From the NCBI RefSeq assembly GCF_000008665.1, contig NC_000917.1:1740001-1772000 (forward strand): DNA of 32,000 nucleotides, written 5' to 3'. This stretch comes from Archaeoglobus fulgidus DSM 4304 (GTDB lineage Archaea; Halobacteriota; Archaeoglobi; Archaeoglobales; Archaeoglobaceae). Below, piece by piece: positions 22,718 through 31,070 of this stretch. Each line of letters starts with the position of its first letter. Position 1 is the first letter of the stretch. A model generated the notes under the pieces. That model saw only the letters and a program-made list of their open reading frames with translations, searched no databases and had not been told where the DNA came from. The position numbers and the translations under genes are program-made.

Positions 22718-24321
22718 CGCAGTCTGACGAACCCTCCCTCTTTTATTGCGGCTACCATGAACCTCGTGAGCAAGAGGTTCTTTCCTTCGAGGGCCTTTGA
22801 GTTTCCAACAGCGATGAACTTCTTTCTCGCTCTTGTCAGAGCAACGTTGAAGAGCCTTTTTTCCGACGCGAAGTAGGGATTGCCGGTTGCGGTTATCGAG
22901 TAAATCACCACGTCCTTCTCCCTCCCCTGATAGCTGTGAACCGTGCTAACCTCAACCATCACACCGAACTCGGAAAGTATGCCTCTTATAAGCTCAGCCT
23001 GCTTGACGTAGGGCGTTATGACTCCAACGTTCTCCTCTCCCACGCACTCCGCAAGCTCCTCGGCAATCATCGCAACGACCTCTGCCTCCTCCTCATTTAC
23101 CTTCGACCTCCCCTCCCTCCTCTCAACACCGTTGCAGTCGATGAAAACAAGCGGCTTCTCGGGGTCTCCCACCTCGGGAATGGTTGTTTTGCACGGCTCA
23201 ATTTTTATTCTGCGGCATTTCTCGTCAATTTCAAGAAATCCGTAAACGTGCCTTGCCGCAAACTCAGCAATCTTTGCATTGCTTCTGTAATGCCTTCTGA
23301 GCCATAAATTTTTGCCGTAAATATTGATCAGAAAGTTGTAGGCGCTGAACTTTGCTGCCTTGTGCCCTCCAACTTCGTAAACGGGTGGAAGCTGATAGGG
23401 GTCTCCAACAACCACGGCTTTTTCAGCCTTCTCCAGAGCAAGAAGGGCTGTTGAAATGCAGGTGTTGCTCGCCTCATCAATTATCACCGTGTCGAAGTCG
23501 TAGTTTTTCAAGGCGCTCATCATCCCCTTTAAAATTGTCGAACCAACGACGATCTTACCCTTCCTGATCATGTCGTTCTGTATCCTCGCAATCTCTCTGT
23601 AAGCCTCCGCCACCTTTGAAGCGTACTCCCTGTAGTCTGAAAACCTTATCCCAGACAGCAGGTTATACTCAACGCTGTGCCTCCTCACACCAGCCGTTAT
23701 CTTTGACGGATGGCCTATTCTGAGCGCTCTTTCAAGCTTCTCAAGAACGTTGTCAACCGCAATGTTCGTGTTCGACGTCACCCAAACTCTTTCCTCCTCC
23801 GAGAGCTTTCTCGCAGCCTCCGCAATAAAGGTGGTCTTACCGCTGCCCGGTGGGCCTACTACGAGCAATATCTCCCCTTCATCAAGCGAGCAGGTTGCAT
23901 GGTAGCACTTTTTCTGCCACCTGTCGAGGTAGCCCGGAGCGTCCAGCTCCTTGATTTCACCGCTCCAGTAACTGAAATGGAGAATCTCGTCCGCTCTTTC
24001 CGCAGCCTCTCTTCTCAGCATTATGCTCACAACGTTCTCAGCCTCTACAATTGCCTCGCCCTCAAACTCCTCCACTTCCTTCACAGCCAGCAGGTAGGCA
24101 TTTCCGTATCGCCTCGCATCAACGACCCAGCCGATGGGATACGCTGCATCGCCCTCAACCTCAGCAACAGCGCTTCCGGTCCTTATGAATCCCGATGAGC
24201 GCAGCACGGCAATTTCTCCTCTCCTTGCCAAAAGTTCGGCAGAATAGATGTCCCTCTTCAGCATCTTCTGCATCGCAGCCTTCTCAATCCTGTCCAGAAT
24301 TTCAACAAGCTCTTCAATCAT
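22714..24321 (-). CDS. Superfamily 1 helicase (Upf1/Dna2-like, AAA_11/AAA_12 type)
   Basis: Walker A VVGPPGSGKTTF, motif II VIIDEASN, VVVGDPYQLPPV, ..HYRS.., ..TVHSYQGREKDVVIYS.. and ..LFNVALTRARKKFIAVGN... The start is trimmed to ATG 24321..24319 (MIEELVEILDRIEK..), which overlaps the TGA of the upstream radical SAM gene (ATGA). The 62 extra codons in the track ORF lie inside that gene in another frame. Confidence 0.88.
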   Translation of the reverse strand: MIEELVEILDRIEKAAMQKMLKRDIYSAELLARRGEIAVLRSSGFIRTGSAVAEVEGDAAYPIGWVVDARRYGNAYLLAVKEVEEFEGEAIVEAENVVSIMLRREAAERADEILHFSYWSGEIKELDAPGYLDRWQKKCYHATCSLDEGEILLVVGPPGSGKTTFIAEAARKLSEEERVWVTSNTNIAVDNVLEKLERALRIGHPSKITAGVRRHSVEYNLLSGIRFSDYREYASKVAEAYREIARIQNDMIRKGKIVVGSTILKGMMSALKNYDFDTVIIDEASNTCISTALLALEKAEKAVVVGDPYQLPPVYEVGGHKAAKFSAYNFLINIYGKNLWLRRHYRSNAKIAEFAARHVYGFLEIDEKCRRIKIEPCKTTIPEVGDPEKPLVFIDCNGVERREGRSKVNEEEAEVVAMIAEELAECVGEENVGVITPYVKQAELIRGILSEFGVMVEVSTVHSYQGREKDVVIYSITATGNPYFASEKRLFNVALTRARKKFIAVGNSKALEGKNLLLTRFMVAAIKEGGFVRLR

Positions 24322-25319
24322 ACCAGGTTGCTCAGGTACTTCTCCGCAATTCTCGCAGCTTTCTCCATCTCCTCTCGCGTTAACCTTCTCGCTATCTCTG
24401 GATACTCCCACGCTTTGAAGGTTGGATAGTACTGAAACATCAGGTTGAACCTCGTATCCCTGCCAAGATTCTCGGCCACCCACCTCACAATCGGCTCTGT
24501 GCAGCATTCAATATGATTCGGCATCACCAGATGTCTTATGAGAAGCTCCCCGTTCTCCTTAGCTCTCAAAAAGTTTCTCGTGACAACCTTCCAGTAGTTG
24601 GCAACCTTTGAGTACTTCCTTGCGCACTCATCGTTTCCGTACTTGAAATCCCCAAGCCAGACGTCAACAAAATCCTCAATTACCTCCGCAAGCTCTTCGC
24701 TATGGTACATGTTCGAATTCCACACAACCGGAACGTTCGACTCGACGTAAAGCAGAATTTCAGCAATGGTGTGGGCGTGCTGGTCGGGATTTCCTCCGAC
24801 AAAGTTAACGTTCTTACTCCCCTGCCTTCTCCTAACATCAATGATGTAGGCAAGCTCCCTTGCATCGACGATGTAGTCGTCCTCGTAAACGATGTCGTAG
24901 TTCTGGCAGAAAACGCACGCAAAGGTACACCGGTTGAAGAAGATTGTGTGGGAAGGGACAAGCTCAGGTTCCTCGCCAACATGCAGAAACTCGCTGCTGA
25001 AGTAGCTCGTAACCCCACATTTGCAAAACCCCTTCTTCTCGTACCTGTTCACACCACACCTTCGCTCGCAGAAGTTGCAGCTTTTCAGCATTTCATACAG
25101 AATATCCCTTTTCAGGTGCATGAAAGAGTAATCGGGCTTTTCATCGGGAACATCTCCGCTTTCGAGGACTTTTGCAAATTCCCTTTTCAGTTTGCGGTGA
25201 ATCTCAAGCATTTCATCAAGACTCTCAGCCTTTTCCGCATTAATTCGCTTGGCTATCTGAAATTTGGCCAGCGCCTCTCCCCTGTTTATCGCCTCATACC
25301 TTTCAAGGCCAACCACCAC
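24318..25319 (-). CDS. Radical SAM protein, PflX-like (pyruvate formate-lyase-activase homologue, COG1313-type)
   Basis: CX3CX2C motif in ..FFNRCTFACVFCQNYD.., plus an N-terminal Cys cluster CNFCERRCGVNRYEKKGFCKCG, and ..NFVGGNPDQH... GTG start at 25319 (a second GTG lies at 25316). Confidence 0.85.
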   Translation of the reverse strand: MVVGLERYEAINRGEALAKFQIAKRINAEKAESLDEMLEIHRKLKREFAKVLESGDVPDEKPDYSFMHLKRDILYEMLKSCNFCERRCGVNRYEKKGFCKCGVTSYFSSEFLHVGEEPELVPSHTIFFNRCTFACVFCQNYDIVYEDDYIVDARELAYIIDVRRRQGSKNVNFVGGNPDQHAHTIAEILLYVESNVPVVWNSNMYHSEELAEVIEDFVDVWLGDFKYGNDECARKYSKVANYWKVVTRNFLRAKENGELLIRHLVMPNHIECCTEPIVRWVAENLGRDTRFNLMFQYYPTFKAWEYPEIARRLTREEMEKAARIAEKYLSNLV

Positions 25320-25522
25320 ATAAAATGTCGAATGTCAAATTAGATAACGGTTTTTGTTCAAAAAATATTCTGTATACGCCATGAATAATTTCGGCCCTCG
25401 GTGGGGCTGAAGCGTCGCCGACTTTTTCCACATTGCCCGCCAAACAGGCAGAGAGTGATGGGCTCGCTGATAGATGCAAACTGCGATGCCGGAGGTCATG
25501 GGGCAAATGTGGTCTGAAACTG

Positions 25523-25859
25523 CTACATCTCCTCCAGCCTGACCCTTTCAACTCCTGCTCTGTCGTAGACGGAATCGGAGCTGATTATCTTCCCCCCGCA
25601 GTAGGCAGCGTGAAAGGCGTCGAAGACTCCGAGACCGTAGTCTCTGATGTATATAGCCGCTTTGAGCGGCCTCTCATCGTCTATTCCGCAGATCGCCATA
25701 ACGCTCGTGAATATCTTCACGATGTCGAGACCGTATCTTTTGGCAACGAGAGTAGGTGGGAAAATAATATAAGCTTTCCCACTCACCACAGCTTTCAATC
25801 TCCTCAAGCAGCCTCTTTTCGCCTTTCAGCGAACCCTCTTCAAATTCCACAAACCTCAT
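25523..25859 (-). pseudogene. PIN-like (VapC-like) small ORF, apparently frameshifted
   Basis: ORF 25523..25807 ends with ..GVFDAFHAAYCGGKIISSDSVYDRAG.., which resembles the last two acidic-residue motifs of PIN domains. A plausible N-terminus (ATG 25859: MRFVEFEEGSLKGEKRLLEEIE..) with a TATA-like TTTTTTATAC ending 18 nt upstream lies in another frame and joins near 25800. The first two PIN acidic positions are not convincing. Confidence 0.35.
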
Positions 25860-25917
25860 TCATTATTCGATTTTAGAGTATAAAAAATGAGTAGGGATAT
25901 AAACCAAAGCATTCAAG

Positions 25918-26013
25918 TCCCGCCTCCCGGATTTGAACCGGGGACCATGGGATCTCCGCCTGCCGCGGAGTGGCGGACTACAGTCCCACGCTCTACCTCT
26001 GAGCTAAGGCGGG
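25918..26013 (-). tRNA. tRNA-Tyr (anticodon GTA) with a ~24-nt intron after position 37
   Basis: The minus strand reads CCCGCCT TA GCTC AGAGGTA GAGC G TGGGA CTGTAG [TCCGCCACTCCGCGGCAGGCGGAG] A TCCCA TGGTC CCCGG TTCAAAT CCGGG AGGCGGG A. This gives a 7-bp acceptor stem with C1:G72, a 4-bp D stem, a 5-bp anticodon stem around CU-GUA-G, and a T arm with a TTCAAAT loop. No CCA is encoded. The intron carries a perfect UCCGCC/GGCGGA helix. A TTTTTAAG box (26039..26046, minus strand) lies 26-33 nt upstream. Confidence 0.9.
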
Positions 26014-26095
26014 TTCGATAGCTTACTGAGCGAATCTGCTTAAAAATCTTGTGCCTACCAGCAAAGTTTTTATCACCCCCAATTTTGGCTTTAAC

Positions 26096-27352
26096 ATGGC
26101 TCAGACACTGGTAGAAAAGATATTTTCAAAGGCGAGCGGTAAGGAAGTGAAAGCAGGAGAATTCGTAATGGCAAACATCGACCTCGCCATGATTCATGAT
26201 ATAACCGCTCCTCTCGCGATTAAAGCTTTCAGGGAAATTCTCGGCAGTGATGCAAAGGTCTGGGACAAAAGCAAGGTGATTATGGCCTTCGACCATCAGG
26301 TGCCGGCGGACAGCGTGCATGCTGCAGAAAACCACAAGATGCTGAGGAAGTTTGCTGAGGAGCAGGGGATTCTGAACTACGATGTTAAAGGGGGAATTGC
26401 CCACCAGATAATGGTTGAAAACCACGTTGAGCCCGGAATGCTGATTGTTGGGGCCGACAGCCACACGTGCATGTATGGGGCTTTGGGAGCTTTCGCCACA
26501 GGTATAGGCTCAACAGACATGGGCTTCGTTTTGGCGATGGGAAAGCTGTGGTTCAAGGTTCCAGAGTCAATCAGATTCAACGTCCACGGTAAGCTGGAAA
26601 AGCACGTTTACGGCAAGGACATAGTGCTCAAGCTCATCGGAATGGTTGGGGCTGATGGAGCGAACTACAAGGCCTGCATCTACAGCGGAGAGGTTGTGGA
26701 AAAGCTTGGAATGTCTGATAGGCTGACCATGTGCAACATGGCCATTGAAATGGGAGGCAAGGCTGGAATTGTGGAGCCCGACAAAACAACGCTTGAATAT
26801 TTGAAGGCAATGGGCAGGCCCTATGAGGGAGAGCTGCTGAAAAGCGATGAGGATGCTGAATTTCAGGAAGTTGAGCTTGATGTGACTGGAATGGAGCCTC
26901 AGGTCGCTGCCCCGCACAGAGTTGACAACGTGGTTGGAATATCGGAGGTTGAGGGGACGAGGGTTGATCAGGTTTTCATCGGCTCCTGCACCAACGGCAG
27001 ATACGAGGATTTGAAGATTGCGGCTGAGATACTAAAGGGAGAGAAGGTTGCGTCAAATGTCAGATTAATAGTCATTCCTGCAAGCCACAGGGAGTACAGG
27101 AGGGCCTTGAAGGAAGGGCTGATTGAGATATTCGTTGACGCTGGAGCGCTGGTTGAGGCCCCGTGCTGCGGGCCGTGCATGGGAGGAAGCTTTGGTTTGA
27201 TTGCAAGCGGAGAGGTTAGTGTGTCAACCTCCAACAGGAACTTCATCGGCAGGCAGGGAAGTCCTGAGGGCAAAATCTACCTTGTGAATCCTGCAGTAGC
27301 GGCAGCAACGGCAATCTACGGAGAAATTACCGACCCGAGAAAAATAAAGTAA
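26096..27352 (+). CDS. leuC: Aconitase-family dehydratase large subunit (3-isopropylmalate dehydratase LeuC / homoaconitase HacA type)
   Basis: [92 protein letters not shown].. includes the three Fe-S Cys contexts. ATG 26096 lies about 25 nt downstream of a TTTTTAT box (26067..26073). No small-subunit gene is adjacent. LeuC and HacA cannot be distinguished by eye. Confidence 0.88.
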   Translation: MAQTLVEKIFSKASGKEVKAGEFVMANIDLAMIHDITAPLAIKAFREILGSDAKVWDKSKVIMAFDHQVPADSVHAAENHKMLRKFAEEQGILNYDVKGGIAHQIMVENHVEPGMLIVGADSHTCMYGALGAFATGIGSTDMGFVLAMGKLWFKVPESIRFNVHGKLEKHVYGKDIVLKLIGMVGADGANYKACIYSGEVVEKLGMSDRLTMCNMAIEMGGKAGIVEPDKTTLEYLKAMGRPYEGELLKSDEDAEFQEVELDVTGMEPQVAAPHRVDNVVGISEVEGTRVDQVFIGSCTNGRYEDLKIAAEILKGEKVASNVRLIVIPASHREYRRALKEGLIEIFVDAGALVEAPCCGPCMGGSFGLIASGEVSVSTSNRNFIGRQGSPEGKIYLVNPAVAAATAIYGEITDPRKIK

Positions 27353-27682
27353 TCAGAAAACCATGGGCGTAAAGCCTTCATCAATGAGTCTGTTCACCAG
27401 CTCACCAATATACTCAAGCCTCGTAAAGTCCAGCTTGTCGGCATATCCCTTCATGTCCGCAACGAATTTGCAGGCGAGGGGCTTGTATTCGCCAAGCTGG
27501 CTCAAAACGAGATTTCTGAACTCCTCGTCCTCCACAAGCAAGTCCTCTGAAGGGCCGAAAAAGATTATCTCCACCTTCTCAGCCCAGCCGAACTTCATTG
27601 AGTTCGCCGCAAAAACCAGCCCAGCAACGGCCTTCTCCCTTGCCTCCTTTCCGCTCACGATCAAAACAAGAAGCTTCGCCAT
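27353..27682 (-). CDS. DsrE/DsrF-like family small protein
   Basis: Trimmed to ATG 27682: MAKLLVLIVSGKEAREKAVAGLVFAANSMKFGWAEKVEIIFFGPSEDLLV..YKPLACKFVAD.. (109 aa). It has a Rossmann-like DsrE-type pattern with a single conserved-looking Cys. The longer track ORF extends through the divergent promoter into hjc. Confidence 0.5.
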   Translation of the reverse strand: MAKLLVLIVSGKEAREKAVAGLVFAANSMKFGWAEKVEIIFFGPSEDLLVEDEEFRNLVLSQLGEYKPLACKFVADMKGYADKLDFTRLEYIGELVNRLIDEGFTPMVF

Positions 27683-27725
27683 ACGTAAAGTTAATAAATA
27701 ATTAAAAAATTTTCTGGTTGATTGG

Positions 27726-28136
27726 ATGAAGAGCAAGGGCACGAGATTTGAAAGAGATTTGCTTGTAGAACTCTGGAAAGCTGGATTCGCAGCAATAAGA
27801 GTTGCGGGCAGCGGAGTTTCCCCCTTTCCCTGCCCGGACATAGTTGCGGGAAATGGAAGGACTTATTTGGCTATAGAGGTAAAGATGCGGAAAGAATTGC
27901 CCCTCTACCTCTCTGCAGATGAGGTTGAGCAGCTGGTAACGTTCGCAAGGGGGTTTGGGGCTGAAGCATACGTTGCCCTAAAACTCCCCAGAAAGAAGTG
28001 GAGATTCTTTCCGGTTCAGATGCTTGAGAGAACGGAGAAAAACTTCAAGATTGATGAAAGCGTTTATCCGCTCGGTCTCGAAATAGCGGAGGTTGCGGGC
28101 AAGTTCTTTCAGGAGAGGTTTGGAGAGAAAGTTTAA
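27726..28136 (+). CDS. hjc: Holliday junction resolvase Hjc
   Basis: MKSKGTRFERDLLVELWKAGFAAIRVAGSG..PDIVAGNGRTYLAIEVKMRK.. carries the archaeal Hjc nuclease motifs (G..FER, D, EVK), at 136 aa. Confidence 0.93.
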   Translation: MKSKGTRFERDLLVELWKAGFAAIRVAGSGVSPFPCPDIVAGNGRTYLAIEVKMRKELPLYLSADEVEQLVTFARGFGAEAYVALKLPRKKWRFFPVQMLERTEKNFKIDESVYPLGLEIAEVAGKFFQERFGEKV

Positions 28137-28161
28137 CTTCTGAGAGTGAAAAGGTGTAAGG

Positions 28162-28737
28162 ATGAAAAGAGAGTACATCTACTGCGACACCTGCGGTGAG
28201 GAGACGCTTCACGAGCTCATAAGAGAGGAGAAGAACCTCTACAGATGCACGGAGTGCGGAACCTTCACCACCCACCTTCCAAGAAGGGAGGTGGGGGTTA
28301 GGGCGATAATCAGCAGTGGGCCGGAATCCGTAAAAGGGTCGATAAGAGCCTACGAGGGAGAGAAGCTCGAAAAGGGGGACGAGTACATTGTTGAAACTGA
28401 AAGAGGTCACAAAATAGGCGAAATCACTTCGCTTGAGCTGAAAAACGGCAAGAGGGCGGAGAGTGCAGCGGTTGGTGAGATAGAGACAGTGTGGCTGAGA
28501 GATGTCGGCGAGGTAGAGGTTAGAATGAGCCTCCACAAGAGGAGCGTTACCACCCCCTACAAGATGGTTGTTGACGGAGAGACCGAATTTGAGGTTGGAG
28601 AGGTTCTGCATGTTGATGGTAAGAGGTTCAGAATCCACAGAATCAAGCTCATTTCCGGCGGTGTTTTGAGGGGGGAGGGTAAAAGGGCAAGGGCAAGAGA
28701 AATAAGAAGGATATACGCGAAGTATGAGGGTAGATAA
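28162..28737 (+). CDS. Archaeal Zn-ribbon protein (COG1326-like)
   Basis: N-terminal CxxC..CxxC ribbon (YCDTCGEETLHELIREEKNLYRCTECG) followed by a ~150-aa beta-rich body and a basic tail (GKRARAREIRRIYAKYEGR). Confidence 0.7.
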   Translation: MKREYIYCDTCGEETLHELIREEKNLYRCTECGTFTTHLPRREVGVRAIISSGPESVKGSIRAYEGEKLEKGDEYIVETERGHKIGEITSLELKNGKRAESAAVGEIETVWLRDVGEVEVRMSLHKRSVTTPYKMVVDGETEFEVGEVLHVDGKRFRIHRIKLISGGVLRGEGKRARAREIRRIYAKYEGR

Positions 28738-29728
28738 GCCAGTGCGCTTGAGGGATTTCGTAAAGGCTGAGGAATGCTTTTTCTCCGTTGTCGGATACAG
28801 AAATGAGAAGAGGATAAAGAGTTTTCTCAGATACGTTCCGGACAGCAATGGAGACAGAGAGCTGAACGGAAGGAGATACAGAAAGCTCTCTCACGATGAG
28901 GCGGTAAACTCTCCTCTCGCGGAGAAGTATCTGGACTCAGGAGTGTTCAGACTCCCTTACGGAGTTGTCGAGAGCATCTACAAGCCCGAGGAGAGGTTGG
29001 GCTTTGCAATGAGGTCTGCAGAGGTGCGAAAAATCGTTGAATTTTTCTCTGAAATCCCCAAGGAGAAAATGGGCGTAACGGGCTCGAGACTCATCGGGCT
29101 TGAGGGCGGTGATTCGGACGTTGACTTCATAGTCTACGGCAGGTGGTGGTTCGAGGCAAGGGAGAGGCTGAAAGGTGGGATTGAGCGGAAAGAGCTTTCC
29201 GAGCCGGATGATGCGACGTGGGATTTCATCTACCGCAAGAGAAAAATCGCCCTCCCCTACGACGTTTTCGTGACTCACGAAAGAAGAAAGTACCACAGAG
29301 CTTTTCTCGGTAGCACCTACTTCGACCTGCTGTACGTCAGAGACTACGATGAGCTTTCGAGGAACGTGCCGGAGGACATGGGCGTAAAGAAGGGGAAGGT
29401 TGAGATAAGCGCCGTTGTAAAGGATGACTCGCTCGTTTTCGACTACCCGGGCTACTATCCGATCGAGCATCCCGAAATAGAGGCTGTTTTGAGCTTCACA
29501 CACACCTTCGTCGGGCAGGCCTTCAGAGGGGAGAGAATTTTGGCGAGAGGGGATTTGGAGGAGATCGACGGAAAGTTCTACCTCGTTGTGGGGACGAAGA
29601 GGGAAACTCAGGATGAGTATATAGTTTCGCTCGACCTGATTGAAAAAAGTGGGCTTAAGGCAGATTTTGAGAGATGGTATCAAGGGCTAGAAGCGCTGCC
29701 CCTTTCGCCACAGCGTAATCGTCCTTAA
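28724..29728 (+). CDS. Predicted nucleotidyltransferase (Pol-beta superfamily, COG1665-like)
   Basis: ..MGVTGSRLIGLEGGDSDVDFIVYG.. gives the G-S...D-x-D minimal NTase motif. It overlaps the upstream Zn-ribbon gene by 14 nt. Its last ~25 codons overlap the convergent ROK gene, so the true C-terminus is uncertain. Confidence 0.7.
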   Translation: MRVDKPVRLRDFVKAEECFFSVVGYRNEKRIKSFLRYVPDSNGDRELNGRRYRKLSHDEAVNSPLAEKYLDSGVFRLPYGVVESIYKPEERLGFAMRSAEVRKIVEFFSEIPKEKMGVTGSRLIGLEGGDSDVDFIVYGRWWFEARERLKGGIERKELSEPDDATWDFIYRKRKIALPYDVFVTHERRKYHRAFLGSTYFDLLYVRDYDELSRNVPEDMGVKKGKVEISAVVKDDSLVFDYPGYYPIEHPEIEAVLSFTHTFVGQAFRGERILARGDLEEIDGKFYLVVGTKRETQDEYIVSLDLIEKSGLKADFERWYQGLEALPLSPQRNRP

Positions 29729-30419
29729 CAACCCTAACCACCACATCTATTTCCTCCGGAAGGTAGCGGTTAACCTTCTCCGCGAGCGGCCTCTCATCCA
29801 GCCTCCCCCCTATTCTCCCCCCGAGAGCTATTGCCTCGGGATTCAGCAGCATCACAGCGTTGGCCAGAGAGCGGCAGAAGAGGGCGAACTCTGCCGTGCT
29901 ATAAATTTCCCCTGTATCAATCAACTCCTTCACATTCTCCATAGCCCACCCCCCAAAGTAGGCTTCAAGGTGCCCTTCACCACCGCACCTGCACCTCTTC
30001 CTCCCTCCAACAAAGGTGTGCCCAATCTCGCCGGCCGCACCCCTACCCCTGTAAATCTTCCCGTCGGCAACAATCCCCCCTCCAATACCCGTTCCAACCG
30101 TCACCGCAAGCAAATGCCTGAAGTTCAGAGTTTTGGCGGCAAAGTAAGCGAAACAGTTCGCGTCATTGTCCACAATGAACGGAACATCGAGCTCCATTTT
30201 CGGAATTGCTGGAAGATTAGGTGCCTTAACGGGCTTACCGTCAACAAACCAAACAGCCACACCGATTCCAACGGCCTCAGCATCACCAAAATTTTTCTCG
30301 ATGAAGTCGGATAAGTTCTGAATAACTTCCGAGGTTCTGAAGCTCTTTATTTGGAAGACGTTTCCTTCCAGAACGGCAACATCGGTGTTTGTCCCCCCAA
30401 CGTCGATTCCGACAATCAT
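29655..30419 (-). CDS. ROK-family sugar kinase-like protein (short form, no N-terminal HTH)
   Basis: [17 protein letters not shown] (DxGGT), ..VDNDANCFA.., ..[12 protein letters not shown].., ..[28 protein letters not shown].. (ROK zinc motif with His in place of the third Cys), ..LGGRIG... Confidence 0.85.
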
Positions 30420-30461
30420 GATAGAGCAACAACGTTATTAAATTTAAAACGCACTGTAACT

Positions 30462-31070
30462 ATGGTCAAACTTCTGACGAGGGAAGAGGGCGAAAAAGCC
30501 GTCAGGCTTGCAAGGGAGGCTATAGAGCACTACCTTGAGGAAAGGAAAATACTCCAAAAAAGACTTGACGGCGTTTTCTCCCAAAAAAGAGGGGTTTTCA
30601 CAACTCTGACAAAGCACGGAAATTTGAGGGGTTGCATTGGCTTTCCCTATCCGGTTAAAAGGCTTGACGAGGCGATAATAGAGTCCGCAATCGCCGCTGC
30701 GGTTGACGATCCACGTTTCGAGCCTGTGAGGCTGAGCGAGATGAACGAAATCATTGTTGAGGTGACCATCTTAACTCCGCCTGAGAGAATTGATGCCAAG
30801 CCCAAAGACCTACCCAACCACGTCGAAATTGGGAGACATGGTCTTATAGTAAAAATGGGCCCCTTCTCAGGTCTCCTCCTGCCTCAGGTTGCCGTGGAGT
30901 ACAACATGGACGCCGAGGAGTTCCTCAGCGAGACTTGCATGAAAGCAGGCCTACCACCGGACTGCTGGCTCACCGGAGCGGAGGTTTACAGGTTCGAGGG
31001 GCAGATATTCAAGGAAAAAGAGCCAAGAGGGGAGGTTGTGGAGGTGGATATAAAAAGCTGTGGGATTTAG
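30462..31070 (+). CDS. AMMECR1 domain protein
   Basis: ATG 30462 ([25 protein letters not shown]..) lies downstream of an AT-rich TTATTAAATTTAAAAC box. It carries the hallmark ..[22 protein letters not shown].. and ..[23 protein letters not shown]... The track start 30351 lies inside the divergent ROK gene. Confidence 0.9.

Noticed and set aside
25455-25517. Possible C/D-box sRNA (GUGAUGG ... CUGA about 60 nt apart on the plus strand)
   Set aside because: The internal D' and C' boxes are not at the required ~12-nt guide spacing. The C box has a mismatch, and the C' candidate (GUCAUGG) is poor. No terminal stem was seen.
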